This document shows positions 47,856 through 61,587 of a stretch of 64,000 bases of DNA, piece by piece. The stretch is from Octopus sinensis (lineage: Eukaryota). How positions within the stretch are numbered: position 1 is the first letter of the stretch; each line of letters starts with the position of its first letter. The notes beneath the pieces were generated by a model that saw nothing but the letters and a program-made list of their open reading frames with translations, was not told where the DNA came from and made no database searches. Location of the stretch: contig NC_043017.1 in the NCBI RefSeq assembly GCF_006345805.1, positions 4,216,001-4,280,000 on the forward strand, in the 5' to 3' direction. Both the position numbers and the translations under genes were made by a program.

Positions 47856-48310
47856 AAGGAGTGGCTGTGTGGTAAGTAGCTTGCTTACCAACCACATGGT
47901 TCCGGGTTCAGTCCCACTGTGTGGTACCTTCAGCAAGTGACTTCTACTATAGCCTTGGGCCAACCAAAGCCTTATGAATGGATTTGGTAGACAGAAACTG
48001 AAACAAGCCCGTCGTATATATGTATATGCATATATATACGTGTATGTTTATTTGTGTGTCTGTGTTTGTCCCCCCCAACATCGCTTGACAACCGATGCTG
48101 GTGTGTTTATGTCCCCGTAACTTAGCAGTTTGGCAAAGAGATCGAAAGAATAAGTACTAAGCTTACAAAGAATAAGTGGTTGGCATTAGGAAGGGAATCC
48201 AGCTGTAGAAACACTGCCAGATCAGACTGGAGCCTGGTGCAGCCTCCTGGTTTCCCAGACTCCAGTTGAACCGTCCAACCCATGCCAGCATGGAAAACGG
48301 ACGTTAAACA

Positions 48311-48345
<35 letters not shown>
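47856..48345 (+). mobile_element. SINE B (47856-48175) fused to a family C 3' end (48176-48345)
   Basis: Family B sequence breaks at gaataag and continues tggttggcattaggaagggaatccagctg...(gat)n. Confidence 0.8.
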
Positions 48346-48477
48346 TTGGGTGCTCCCACATTAAACCATAGTAAAATATCAAGTTTACAAAAGTTTCATG
48401 TCCAGCATAGTCCCTTTACAACTTCTTTTTTCATTAGTACCTTTACAGTCACTTGCTGGTTTCTTTCCACTCATCTC

Positions 48478-48870
48478 ATCATCATCATCATCATCATCAT
48501 CATCGTTTAACGTCCGTTCTCCATGCTGGCATGGGTTGGACGGTTCGACCGGGGATCTGGGAAGCCAGAAGGCTGCACCAGGCTCCGGTCTTATCTGGCA
48601 GTGTTTCTATAGCTGGATGCCCTTCCTAACGCCAACCACTCCGTGAGTGTAGTGGGTGCTTTTTACGTGCCACCCGTACAGGTGCCAGACGGGGCTGGCA
48701 TCGGCCACGGTCGGATTGGTGCATTTTACGTGCCACCTGCACGGAAGCCAGTCGAGGCGGCACTGGCATCGGCCACGATTCAGATAGTGCTTTTTACGTA
48801 TCTCTAGTCCAGGGGTCCTGGCATCTGCCAGGTGCCAGTCATAGGATTGGTTCAATTTCGATTCCGATTT
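48478..48870 (-). mobile_element. Family C copy
   Basis: (cat)n-cgtttaacgtcc... with two tacgtgccacc units. Confidence 0.85.
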
Positions 48871-49073
48871 CACTTGTTTCCATATAATAAAAATGAAATT
48901 CTGTCTGTCTGGGACCCCTGTATCTCAGTTTACATTTGCTTTACATAGACATATTACACCTTTTTTGAATCAGGATGATCTCGGGATTGAAAACCTGCCC
49001 TTCATTTGGTTCTTGAACATTCAGTATTGCTAAGGAATTTAGTGGTTCTGGATCTTTACTTTTTGACCTACAT

Positions 49074-49340
49074 CATCATCATCATCATCATCGTTTAACG
49101 TCCGTTTTCCGCGCTAGCACGGGTTGGACGGTTCGACCGGGGTCTGGGAAGCCAGGGGCTGCACCAGGCTCCAGTCTGAATCTGGCAGAGTTTCTACGGC
49201 TGGATGCCCTTCCTAACGCCAACCACTCCGCGAGTGTAGTGGGTGCTTTTTACGTGCCACCGGCACAGGTGCCAGGGGAGTCTGGCATCGGCCACAATCG
49301 GTTGGTGCTTGTAACGTGCCACCGGCACGGAAGCCAGCCA
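49074..49340 (-). mobile_element. Family C copy
   Basis: (cat)n-cgtttaacgtccg... with two acgtgccaccggcac units. Confidence 0.85.
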
Positions 49341-49744
49341 ATCAGCCAGATTTTTTTATAATTTTTTTGTAACTAAACACTTTCAAACTTCGGACACTTG
49401 TTAAATCCAAGTGGCAGTAATAAGGTGAGAAACCCACACCAAAATGTTAAAACAGTAGAATCCGAAGAAATTAGTGATGTTCTAAGTTAGTAAAAAATAG
49501 TTAATTTATTACTTCAGACACAAAAATGAAAGAAAATGAAAGCAGGAGGGGGTGGGGGTTAAATGAGAGGAAATATTGCTTAATTAGACTTTAAATGAGA
49601 CTTTATAAGTTAAAGAAAATGTTTGCATCTCGAGTTGTACCTTCCACTGTTTGTAAATTGTCATATAATCATTAAGTTTAGTTTGACTGACCGACCATCA
49701 TGTTTATCAGCCCTTTGTATCTTAGTGTGATCGTTGATCCCGGA

Positions 49745-50112
49745 TGATGATGGAAGCACTCCGTCGGTTACGACGATGAGGGTTCCGGTTGATCCGAATC
49801 AACGGAACAGCCTGCTCGTGAAATTAACGTGTAAGTGGCTGAGCACTCCACAGACACGTGCACCCTTAACGTAGTTCTCGGGGGATATTCAGCGCGACAC
49901 AGAGAGTGACAAGGCCGGCCCCTTTGAAATACGGGTACAACAGAAACAGGAAGTAAGAGTGAGAGAAAGTTGTGGTGAAAGAGTACAGCAGGGATCACCA
50001 CCATCCCCTGCCGGAGCCTCGTGGAGCTTTAGGTGTTTTCGCTCAATAAACTCTCACAACGCCCGGTCTGGGAATCGAAACCGCGATCCTATGACCGCGA
50101 GTCCGCTGCCCT
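49745..50112 (-). mobile_element. Third tRNA-derived SINE family
   Basis: Minus-strand head agggcagcggactcgcggtcataggatcgcggtttcgattcccagacc (A and B boxes) followed by about 300 bp of body. Confidence 0.7.
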
Positions 50113-50477
50113 ATGATCCACACATCCAAACACTGTCTCAGTTTAAGTTTCACTTCAGATCTATGAAAAAATACTGTCATGTATTTTCCTCGCTGTAAAT
50201 GTCTAATTAAAGTTATCATCAAAACTTAGATGGGTTGAGTTGGTGCACGTGCAAACCCGGTAAAGGGGCGTTGAAAAGGGAGCAAGATGCGGGGCAAGTA
50301 TTTTGGAAGTATTATGGAAAATCAAGGTCAGTTGAATTGGCGCACATACAAACAAAGGCAAGGTTGGACGGAGAAACGAATGTGTAGGAGTTGAGGTTAA
50401 AAATAAAGTACACATCGCGATTTTAGTTTTTAAAAATTGCCAGAATTTACAAGACTTCTTGAAAGAACAGAATTACT

Positions 50478-50886
50478 GGCGATCTGGCGACCTTTCGTCT
50501 CTAGTAGACCTTTCCGTCGATTTCCGTAAAAAAATTTTTTTTTTTACATATGGGCTTGCGGGAACTTTTGAAGTAATGAGAGCGAAAGAGACTAAGAGAA
50601 AGCGATTGTATGACGAGGGAAGTTCTTTTGAAGTTACCGTGCATGTGAAGCATTGATGTATATGTGTGTGTGTGTTTCATGGGATGTGGGAGACAGACAG
50701 TATGTTGTATAAGTGAAGTGCTTCTGTTAGTGTGTGTGAAGAGACAGAGTAATGTGTGAAAGAGAGAGATAACTGAAATTTTTTACTCGGTGTACGTGTA
50801 TATGTATGTATGCATGTATGTGTGTAAAAACAAAGAAGTTTTTTACGGAAATCGACGGAAAGGTCTACTAGAGACGAAAGATTGCC
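50478..50886. mobile_element. Non-autonomous DNA transposon with about 50-bp TIRs and 8-bp TSD
   Basis: GAATTACT|ggcgatct... ...agattgcc|GAATTACT; perfect 42-bp inverted block ctttcgtctctagtagacctttccgtcgatttccgtaaaaaa. Confidence 0.85.
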
Positions 50887-51261
50887 GAATTACTGTTTGT
50901 TCAGAATTTGTGGTTAAACTTCTCAATTGCTGTACGTGCAACATTCTGCAACCAGTGTTTCCGTAATGCAAATGATGCACGCTCTACATCGTAGAAGCAC
51001 ACAAACTGACACATGCAACTGGATAGACATCTATTTTTTGCTGACGCGGAACATTGTTAATTTCCTTGTACTCTACATTTTAACTATTTGGTGTAGATTT
51101 CTGGCTGAGCTCTAAAAGGCAAGAGAAAAATTTCCCCCACGAAGAATAAAATATAAAAAACCCCAAACTAATTTAATATTTGAATTGTCTATTTGTCTTT
51201 TTGTCTACTTTTATAGATTTATACACGTTTTGAGTTCTATTTCCTATTTGTATTGCTAACC

Positions 51262-51331
<70 letters not shown>

Positions 51332-51351
51332 GTCTGTCTGTCTGTCCGTCC

Positions 51352-51412
<61 letters not shown>

Positions 51413-51465
51413 CCTACATACCTACCTACCAATCTATCTATCTATCTATCTACCTACCTACCTAC

Positions 51466-51526
<61 letters not shown>

Positions 51527-51547
51527 CATCCATCCATCCATCCATCC

Positions 51548-51599
<52 letters not shown>

Positions 51600-51716
51600 C
51601 CTATCTATCTAGAGTGTGAGATATATAAATACAGAGGGAGAGAAAGAAAGAAAAAGAGAGAGCAAGCTGGAGAGAGAGAGCGAGCAAGAAAAAGAAAGAA
51701 AGAAAGAGAGAGAGAA

Positions 51717-51750
<34 letters not shown>

Positions 51751-51760
51751 CGTAATATGC
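51262..51760. repeat. (TATC)n/(TACC)n/(CATC)n and (GA)n microsatellite block
   Basis: Direct inspection. Confidence 0.95.
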
Positions 51761-52204
51761 TATATAAAAATGCGCGTATATAATGTAGTCACGATATATC
51801 AAAATATACACACGTATTTGCAGAAAGGGTTATTATAAATATATTGATAATAACACACATACTTAGTGCATAATCAACACAGTACAAACGAAAGACTCTG
51901 ACTGTCATAGTCACATGAACTACTGTGCACGGCTCACGCACCGATACGCACACATGGGAGCATGCAAAGCTATTACAAGCACCTTGTTGCTCCTACATTG
52001 GTTCCACGCGCGCACACACACACGCACAGGCACACATACGCACACGCGCGCGCACACACACACACGTACATGTAAATTTATATTTATTACATAGTCATGT
52101 ACGAACTCTTTATAATAAAAGACCCAGACGTACATACAACGTAAACTCTTTCACCAAATAGATAAACATATGAACTTGCAAATACTATATATATATGTAT
52201 GTAA

Positions 52205-52343
<139 letters not shown>

Positions 52344-52350
52344 ATATATA

Positions 52351-52440
52351 TATCCACAGCTGTACGTATGTTTAAACTAGTGTGCTGTATATATATATAT
52401 ATACAGCACACTAGTTTAAACATACGTACAGCTGTGGATA
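52351..52440. repeat. Perfect 90-bp palindrome centred on (TA)8, within a larger (TA)n field (52185-52630)
   Basis: tatccacagctgtacgtatgtttaaactagtgtgctg-(ta)8-cagcacactagtttaaacatacgtacagctgtggata. Confidence 0.95.
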
Positions 52441-52466
52441 CATTCATATAACTACACATACATTGT

Positions 52467-52530
<64 letters not shown>

Positions 52531-52602
52531 TCTAAATGTACGCACATTGCACATTCAGTAATAGGAACATGAATAGCTAAACATATACATACATATGTGT
52601 AT

Positions 52603-52634
<32 letters not shown>

Positions 52635-53576
52635 AAGATACACGCGTGCCCCCCCCCCCCCCACACACACACGCACACGCTCATATAATCTGCATTTGAG
52701 AGAGAAACCACAGACACAGTTACTCAAAACAAGTGCCCTCATGTGACAGCCGTACACATACAGGTACAATCACATACACACACATACACGCGCTTGCACG
52801 TACACACGCACAATATTATCACGATCACTTAGACATGCACTGTTCATGAACTACTTAAAACGTGGTCACTCGAGCTGCTAGAAAGAGCAGTCAAATCTCT
52901 CTAATATCACATCCTACTATTTCTAAGACATTAAAAAAAAATGTAGTTAGTCTTAGATGATCTTAAATAGATAGGATGGTCACGGATGGAATTAGGCTTG
53001 CATATCAAGTTTGACTTGGTGTTAAACGGCAACGTGCACATACATTCATTGTATGATACACACATGCGCTCAATGTACACAGCGGTATTTTGAAAGTAGG
53101 AATGCATATACAATTGTATTATCACACACTTACACACGAACGATGTTACTATTACACAATCATATATATACTACACTTTAGTCACGCACAGATACACCAC
53201 AAAAACACCAACATCTGTCTACACCTTATACTATGGTAATACACAACGCACTATCATCATACGCATACACCACAACACGTTGTAACTAACACTCACATGC
53301 TCACCGTAGAAGGTACACTGTATTACATACATACACACACACACACGCACACAAAGAAACAGACTCAGCATCCAACGTAGACATCCACACTCAAGTATTA
53401 TACACAGAAACACACACAATTATATATATTAACACAATCACGAGACCGAGTGCCTCGCTGAAGTTGACTAAATCATTGGCGTCGTCTAGCAAAGAGAATT
53501 CCAGAGATCTGTGAATGGAAGGCACACACACTCGCGCGCGCGCACACACACACACATTATCTATCTATCTATCTAG

Positions 53577-53634
<58 letters not shown>

Positions 53635-53697
53635 GTCTGTCTGTCTATCCATCTCAATACACATACATATATCTCAGTATATATATATATATTTCAA

Positions 53698-53734
<37 letters not shown>

Positions 53735-53805
53735 GGAAATACATACATACATACACACATATATATATACACATATATATATATGTTCTATATAGGTTCT
53801 ATTTT

Positions 53806-53858
53806 AACAAAACTGTCCGACGAACGGGAACGTGAAACTCTGAGTAATAGCTTTTGTT
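53806..53858 (+). ncRNA. Minimal type I hammerhead ribozyme motif (one core change, U4C) in a roughly 170-bp short repeat
   Basis: AACAAAACTGT-CCGACGA-ACG-GGAA-CGT-GAAA-CTC-T-GAG-TA-ATAGCTTTTGTT; stems I, II and III all pair; predicted cleavage after GUA at 53846. Confidence 0.65.
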
Positions 53859-53959
53859 ATATTTCTGCTGCTTTTAAATAAAGCATATTACTCTACCTCT
53901 GGTATTTGAGTACTCTTTTTTTCCCACCTTGTTTCACATATATGTGCTTACTCCGGTAT

Positions 53960-53993
<34 letters not shown>

Positions 53994-56479
53994 TCATGGA
54001 GAGAACGAAGAATAAAAGCTAGACAGGGTGTATGATGCGTGTGCGTGCATATCTGTGTGTGTGCATACGTACAGAGAGGTAGATAGATACATATATAGAT
54101 AGGTAGGTAGATGGATGTAATTTATTCAGTAGAAACAATGCTGGGAGAAGATAGCCTGGTTGTTACGGCAAAGCAACAACGCCTTAAACCTGTGAAGGTG
54201 GGGGTGGGGTAGAATATGTCCCCCCCCCCACTCTCCACCCGTGTCACTCACGTCTCTGTCTGTCTTCCAATGCTTTAGTGTCAGGACTGAAGACATGTAG
54301 TTGTCACTGCTGTTGTTGTTGTTGTTTAACCGCAGCCCAACCCAACCCAACCCAACCCTGATCGTGCGGACCTATGATCAAAGGTGGTAGTACAAACGCA
54401 ACCATCCTGTCTTTTCCCTAAGGGCCACCGAGCCTAACCCAGGAATACATTACCCAACCATTTCTTTATAAGGTTGTAGTGTATGAATGAGTTGAAGGGA
54501 GTCTTGGCTGCTATTTCTAGTAGATAACACGACGATGTCGAGATTCTTATGTCGGTTGAGGTTGTTATTGTTTGTATTATAAAGGAAGGTAAAAGTCGGT
54601 GGTTGACTCTCGTGCGCAGCCCTTCGGACACCCTACATAACTTGGCCTGAGATTTGATCGAACAAAAAGTCAGTCGGTGGTGACGGAAGTAGGGTTATTT
54701 GACACTTTAGCCGTTTCAGGGGTTTTCTATCTCTCTTTCCTTTCTGTCTGTGTGACACTTCCTCCTCACTCTCTTTTCTCACTCCCTCTGTTTCTTTTTC
54801 CCTCACTCTGTCAGTCTTTAACTCACTGTCAGGCTTTTCTTCCCTTCTTCCTCACACTTTTCGCTTTCCCCTTAGCACTTCCTCTGCCTTATACTCACTC
54901 GCTTCTGTACCTCTCTCAGCTTCACACTCCTTCTCTTTGTCTTCACCACTCTCTCTCTCTTTATACTCTCACTCCATCACTTTGTCTGTCCCCCTCTGTC
55001 TGCCCCATTCTCCTCCAATCTCTCTCTCTCTCTCTCACAGTGTGCAACTATTTCTTGAGATAGACAGATAGATAGATAAAGACGGCGAAAGAGTGAGAGA
55101 GAGAGAGAGAAAGAAAGAGCACGTGCACAAGATATACATTTTGACAAACACCTTGCGAAAGGAGTTTACCTCAATCACTACTACTATCATCATCCTCATC
55201 ATCATTACGACGATGATTGAGATGATAACGGCAGAGTGCTTTAGGTTTCCACCCCACTTCATTGTCAAAGAAACACATAAGAATACAGCTTGTTCCATAC
55301 TCCTTCCTTTTCGCTTTCCTTTTTTTCTCTCTTCCGTTCACCTAATTTGCTTCATTCTTTTCACACGGTTCTGCATGAGGAGGGTCCTCTGACGACATTT
55401 CTTTTATTTACCAGGGCCATTTTCAAAACCAGAAATTGCTCCCGATTTCTCCCGTCTCTCTAATATTATTATTAATTATTGTTATTAGTACCGGTCTAAT
55501 AATACTCATCGATCTCGTCGACTTTACCCACCCCTGAAAATTTGTGTATAAGTTTAAAAAGATAAATCCATTGTGTTTCGAACCCTAGTAGCTGATGAAG
55601 AAACCATTATTATTATTATTAGTTTTAGTAGCAGTTATATTAGTACCAGCCAAATACTGTGGTTGATTTGACTACTATGATCTAAAATTGTTGGTCTGTT
55701 GTCGCTGAGCTACAACTTATTAGCATCAGTTAAATACTGAGTTTGGTTTCGTTAATTATAATACTCCCCTTAAAATATCTACAGCTTTGTTAAGACATTA
55801 GTGGGGCGACGGAATCAGCTTGTTCCTCCAACTCAAATTTAGGGATCTTGTGCTTAAAAGTTACAAATCATCGGAAATTAAACTATTCTAGTTTCATTTC
55901 AGAAAATCAAAATAGAATTTTCTTTATTATAAGATTTATTGATTTTTGTTAGTTTTTATTTAATTACTCAAAATATAATTTCTCTTTTTTTTTTTTAGGG
56001 CTAGCTTAACGATTGTAAGAAATAAACACTAACCAAAGACACCAACTAATTAAGGTAAAAGAAAAGAAGCAAGTGAATTACATTAAAAGCAATTTCTTTC
56101 CCTAATATATAATTGCCCATCTTATTTTTTCCTTCTCTCCTTTTTGCACACACGCACATGCACGCGAATGACGGAATCGGTTAATTCCATTATTCTAAAG
56201 TACTATTGTTACTAACTCAGTGTTGAGAGATTTAAATCTTATTTTATTTTCGAAGCAAAGAGAGAAAGAGAGAAATTTATCTCGATTTTATATTTTTTCC
56301 GAAGAAAAGCATTAAAGAGAAAACTAATACCCAACCAATTAAATACCAATCGACTTTTACCTCCCACAAAATTATTATTATTATTATTATTACAACTGAA
56401 ATCTAAACATAAATCGTCATTTAATTTTTTCCTTCCGCGTAGAAAGAAAAAAAAAAATATAGTAAAGAGACGAAGTTGA

Positions 56480-56870
56480 GAATGAAAGGAAGTCTGTTGC
56501 TCCCGCTGTTACGATTTCTGCGGAACTGCGCCCGGTCAGGGAGCGAAATTTCTCCGGTTACGACCGACTCAGTGTTTCATCAATGACCGAATTATTTTTC
56601 TCATATTCCGCTTCCCGGGCCTTAGAAAAAGAGAACGACAGAAAGAGAGAGAGAAGAAGTAGAAGTAGAAAGAATAAGAATCAAATCAGATAATAAAAAG
56701 AAAAAAGAAAGAAAGAAGAAAGTGGTGTAAAAAGATGAAAAAGACAAAAAGATAGAAGAGAAGGAGAGGGAGGGAAAAAGAAGTAGAGAAGGAGGAGGAG
56801 GAGGAGGAGACAAAAGAGAAGGAAGAGGTAGAGAGGGAAAAGCAGGAGAAGGGGAGGCGGTTATTCCAAG
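56480..56870 (+). promoter_or_regulatory. Putative Vav promoter/5'UTR
   Basis: Locally CpG-rich segment (56500-56620), then a purine-rich leader; the ATG sits in CAAGATGGCG, a YY1-like motif. Confidence 0.4.
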
Positions 56871-57083
56871 ATGGCGGGTCAAGAAGATTGGTGTATGTGT
56901 GTCCAGTGGCTTGTCCGCTGTCAGGTTTTACCGAAGGAACACCGGGCCAATTCACCGCAAGCCCAGATTTTCGACTTGGCACAAGCTCTTCGAGACGGAG
57001 TAATAATATGTCACCTGCTAAACCATTTGAATCCAGCTTGTCTGGACTTAAAGGATTTCAGTCAGAGACCTCAGATGTCACAG
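56871..57083 (+). CDS. VAV: Vav guanine-nucleotide exchange factor, coding exon 1 (N-terminal calponin-homology domain, 71 codons)
   Basis: WCMCVQWLVRCQVLPKEHRA...FDLAQALRDGVIICHLLNHL...DLKDFSQRPQMSQ, then CAG|GTTTGT. Vertebrate VAV exon 1 also ends at RPQMSQ in phase 0. Confidence 0.93.
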
Positions 57084-57827
57084 GTTTGTTGCACAATCTC
57101 TCTCTCTTCTCTCTCTGTCTGTCTATGTATATATATACATATATATATAAAGTGTATGTTTTGTCAATGTTTCCTTTGAGGTAATAAATATATATATAAC
57201 CCATAACATCGTTAGATATACATGTATATATTTATATATATATATATACATACACTCACATATGCATGCATAGTGCTCTCACCATTTCTGATTACCCCCC
57301 TCCATCAGTTAACATTGTCATCTCTCTATCTCTTTGACACACCTCTTTAACTCTTCCTCTTTCGATCTTATATACATACATACATATATATATATGTTAT
57401 ATATATATTATATATATATGTGTGTATATAAAGCACTGATCTATGTAATTTCCTGTACATAGCACACCCTAACAAACCGAAGAGACAGTTTTAATTAATA
57501 TGACAGTGCTTGGAAAAAAAATAACAAAAAGTAACACACAACAAAAACAGGTGATAGTGACACTCACCTCTCGAGACTCTTTGATATCAGAAAGGGTGAC
57601 TCGATCGGGTGGCGACCGAGAATCACTGATGTGTGTGTGTGTATTTTGTGTGTGAGTGTGTATAAGAATTCTTTACTCTGGGGTGGCGTGCATCTCCCTT
57701 TAAGTGATGTGACATCACGAATGATGCCATATGAATGGTATTCGCAGTCATAACATATATAATGAACATTGATTTTATTAAAATGCTGCTAATACCTATC
57801 CTAAAATAACAAGTCATTACTAATTAT

Positions 57828-57867
57828 CATATATATATGTGTGTATGTATATATATATATTATATAT

Positions 57868-57915
<48 letters not shown>

Positions 57916-58118
57916 ATATGTATATATATATATGTGTGTGTGTGTATGTATATATATATGTATATATATATGTGTGTGTGTTGTATGTATATATATATAT
58001 GTGTGTGTGTGTATGTATATATATATATGTGTGTGTGTGTATGTATATATATATATATATGTATATATATGTGTGTGTGTGCATGTATAATATATATATA
58101 TATATATGTGTGTGTGTG

Positions 58119-58155
<37 letters not shown>
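57828..58155. repeat. (TA)n/(TG)n compound microsatellite in Vav intron 1
   Basis: Direct inspection. Confidence 0.95.
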
Positions 58156-58158
<3 letters not shown>

Positions 58159-58527
58159 GTTGATGTTTAGCCGCGAGTCAATAACTGATTGACCAGACCT
58201 GTGTGTAATCAAAGGCGTTGCAGTCTGGGCCATTCTGTCTTATTAGGGATATCTACAACTGCATTATCTAATGTGCATTTCCTAGTGGGGTGTGGTTTGA
58301 CGGAGATTGGCTGCTATTTCTAACCGTTCGAGCGACCACGTAGAGGCTTTCACGGTGTTCTTAACGTGTTAATACACACCTTAGAATAAGTAACACACAC
58401 ACGGATGTTCAAACGTCCACTTCATTAATTCCAGGAGATCATCGTCATTGTTTTTGTCTTTCGTTTTGTAATGTTTTCTCCTGTGTCAAATCGAAATAAA
58501 AAGCGACTAGGTCTCTCTCCCCACCTT

Positions 58528-58559
<32 letters not shown>

Positions 58560-60025
58560 GTGTATATATACATGTACATTTATGTTAGTAATTCGATAAT
58601 TTGCAGGTAAACTGCATAATTTCCCTACTGGGATTACCCACACACGCATAAAATATGATTGTATGATGAATTATTTCAAAAGTTGGCGTGCTGTCATCAT
58701 CCTATTTTGCATGCTCTGCCATCCTTTATAAGATAGGATTAGCATGGAACAATATTTGAGAGAATTCGGTGGTTATATTTGTTACTCAACTGTAAACGAT
58801 CTCCTCTTTGAGGCTAAATCTGTCTCACAACAGATCTCTCCATCACTCTCTCTCGCTCATCACATCGTTTGATGACAACCTTCCCTCCATCATCATTTTG
58901 TAGATGTCACCTCCCAGAAGACATTTTCTCTCTCTCTCTCTCTATCTACACACGCACATTATATATGTCATCGCTTTCTATCTGTGTCTCTATCTCTTCA
59001 TCTGTCTTCCTCTGCTTCTCATTGTGTCTGTCTCTGCTTTTCTTTCTTTCTCTCTGACACTATCCGTTTCTCTCTCTCTCCGTTTCTTTAATTCTCTCTG
59101 CATGTCTTGCTACTTCTCTCCCTGGCTCTTGCTCTCTCTCTCTCTTTGCCTTCCACCGTTCTGTCTGTCTCTCTTCTCCTCTCTCTCTCTCTGACCGTTC
59201 TCAGTCTCTCTGCTTCATTCACAAGGCTGCCAGTGCCTGCTACACACAAACCCACCCACTACATCACTTTAAAAGTGTTGCAATGTATTGAGTTTAGGAG
59301 GAAGATTGGCGAGAAAGAAAGAGAGAGAGCGAGCGAGCGTACCAACGCAAGTGCTTGATGCAGTTGTCAACCTGCTAGAGTACCTAGTGTGTGTGTACGT
59401 ACGTGTATCTTGACAAAAAACCTCTGCTTGGTTAAACATTCTGTTGGTCTACTTTAACCAGTGTTGGGTGGTAAAATTCCCTGGGTGTGTCCCAGAGTGG
59501 CTGTATCCAGCGACTGTCGCTTTGGACATATTAATATATAAAATGCGTTGAGTGTTGCTGTGTGGATATGCTAAAATGTTGCTGTGTCGTGTGAGAAATG
59601 TGTTAAATGTTGATATATAGGTGCGTTAATGTGTTTAATGCGGCTGATAATGTAGGCACGATGGAGTGTTAATGTAGACTGGTTTGTGTGCATGTGTGTT
59701 TGGTTGTAAGTGTGGCAGTTGTGAGTACAGCTGTGTTAAATATATGTTCGTGTAGTTGTGTTAGTACAGCTGGTTTGTGTGAGTTGGTGAAGTTGTTGTT
59801 AGTAAGGTGTGCTATTTTCCCCGTGTCTATGTTAATACATGTTTAGTGTGACTGGGGTAATGTGTGTATTTTCAAGGCATATATCGCACGTATTAGTATG
59901 AAGGGGGGAAAATGTCCCTAGTTCTCATATATATATATATATGTGCATATCTATATCGGAATGCATGTACATTTTTGGCTTAATATGTGTATTGATATAT
60001 ACCTGTAAATATATGCATAGATTCA

Positions 60026-60060
<35 letters not shown>

Positions 60061-61371
60061 TTGAAAACCCCACTAGAATGGGAGAAAACGCTAATGATCT
60101 AAGTGATATGATATATATATATAAAATGTAATATACAAATAAATATCTGTAAATATAAACCATCCGATCTTCTGAGTACCTCATTTCTTCTAATATATAT
60201 ATATATTCACACACACACACACATATATATACGTGTCACTGTATGTGGAGATGTGTATATTTACACACACATACACACACACAAAGCTAACTAGCGTGAT
60301 CCCTACAAACATCAGAGGCTGCTTAGAATATGGTACGCATGTCTGATGACCCCCTGCTGTTCCGCATCTCCACAGAAATGTACAGATCCCTAATAACACC
60401 TAATTTGTAAGGTACTTCGACAGTCTTGAGAGACCTCGACGACTTTTATAAACTGAGAATATGCAGGTATCCAATGGAAATTTAGGCTAGGATTTACTTA
60501 GATTTGTACCTACTGCCCATGTACCTACCTACTTCCTCGCATTCTCGGGGCTACTTGGAACTGTACAGGTATTTATTTTAGGAAGGCGGTGGGGAGACTA
60601 CCTGATAAATACACAGCCATATCTCACGCTCCAAAAATACAAACTAGGGTTTTTTTTTAAGGCTACAATTATACCTTCGTCGTATAATGTAAAATAATCT
60701 TGCCTTCCCATGTCTCTCGCCCAATACCGCAAACATTAGGGGACTAATTAGCCAACTCAGTGGTTGTTTGAAAGGTTAGAAATAGAATCAAAATCTCCAT
60801 CAAATCACACTCTACCTCTTTAAACAAAGCAGGATTCATTGTTTTAGGTAAGTCACAGATATGACTGAAGAAAAAAAGGTATTAAAATAAAATAAGACAG
60901 GCAGTTCACAAAAGGAGTGCATTTGCTCCCTTACTGCTAATCTGGGGAGCGACATCAACCTAGAAACTCTGAGCTAAATGTGGTCGCTCAGCGTATTAGA
61001 AATGGCAGTTAAATCTCCCTCATATCGCACACTACTGTCTTAGAAATGAGAGGGAAACATTGTCCACTATAAACAAAAAGACAGGATGTTTTTGATTGCA
61101 GTTCTGCTCGATCTGCCCTGACATACTTCTGCTTGATAAGCCCTGACAACAGCTGTATATAAATACTTATCCTCGTTTTGTATGTGTGTAGGATGGGGGC
61201 ACCTGGTAGTGTGTGTATAGTCAGCCAAACGTCACGGAACTGATTGTACACAAGAAAAAGATTTAGCAATATGGTTTTTTTTTTCTCCTTATTTGTTAGA
61301 GAAGAGATTAACGTTCCACCATGCTCATACTAATGTCTTGTTCCCTCTGTATTTGGGGATTGTGTTAATAG

Positions 61372-61412
<41 letters not shown>

Positions 61413-61545
61413 CTCACTCTCTCTCTCTTTCTCTCTTCTCTCTCTCTCTCCACATTGTCTTTGTGTACTGTGTGTGATTTCTTTAAAGTTCAGCCTGTTG
61501 TCAGTTGATATGATTCTAGGTCAGGAAAATGTCTTTCCTATTTAG

Positions 61546-61587
61546 TCCCTCTGTGTCTAAATAATATTCGTGTGTTTCTTTTAATAG
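61546..61587 (+). other. VAV: Candidate Vav exon 2 (or its relic), out of frame with exon 1 as written
   Basis: After tttcctatttAG, frame +2 reads PLCLNNIRVFLLI versus Vav consensus FLCLKNIRTFL; followed by ATAG|GTACGA. Confidence 0.55.

Noticed and set aside
55585-55606. ctgatgaagaaac as a hammerhead core
   Set aside because: No room for stem II and no stem I or III pairing.
57084-57179. Extension of the Vav ORF beyond RPQMSQ
   Set aside because: Read-through into intron 1 (CT and TA repeats) past the conserved donor.
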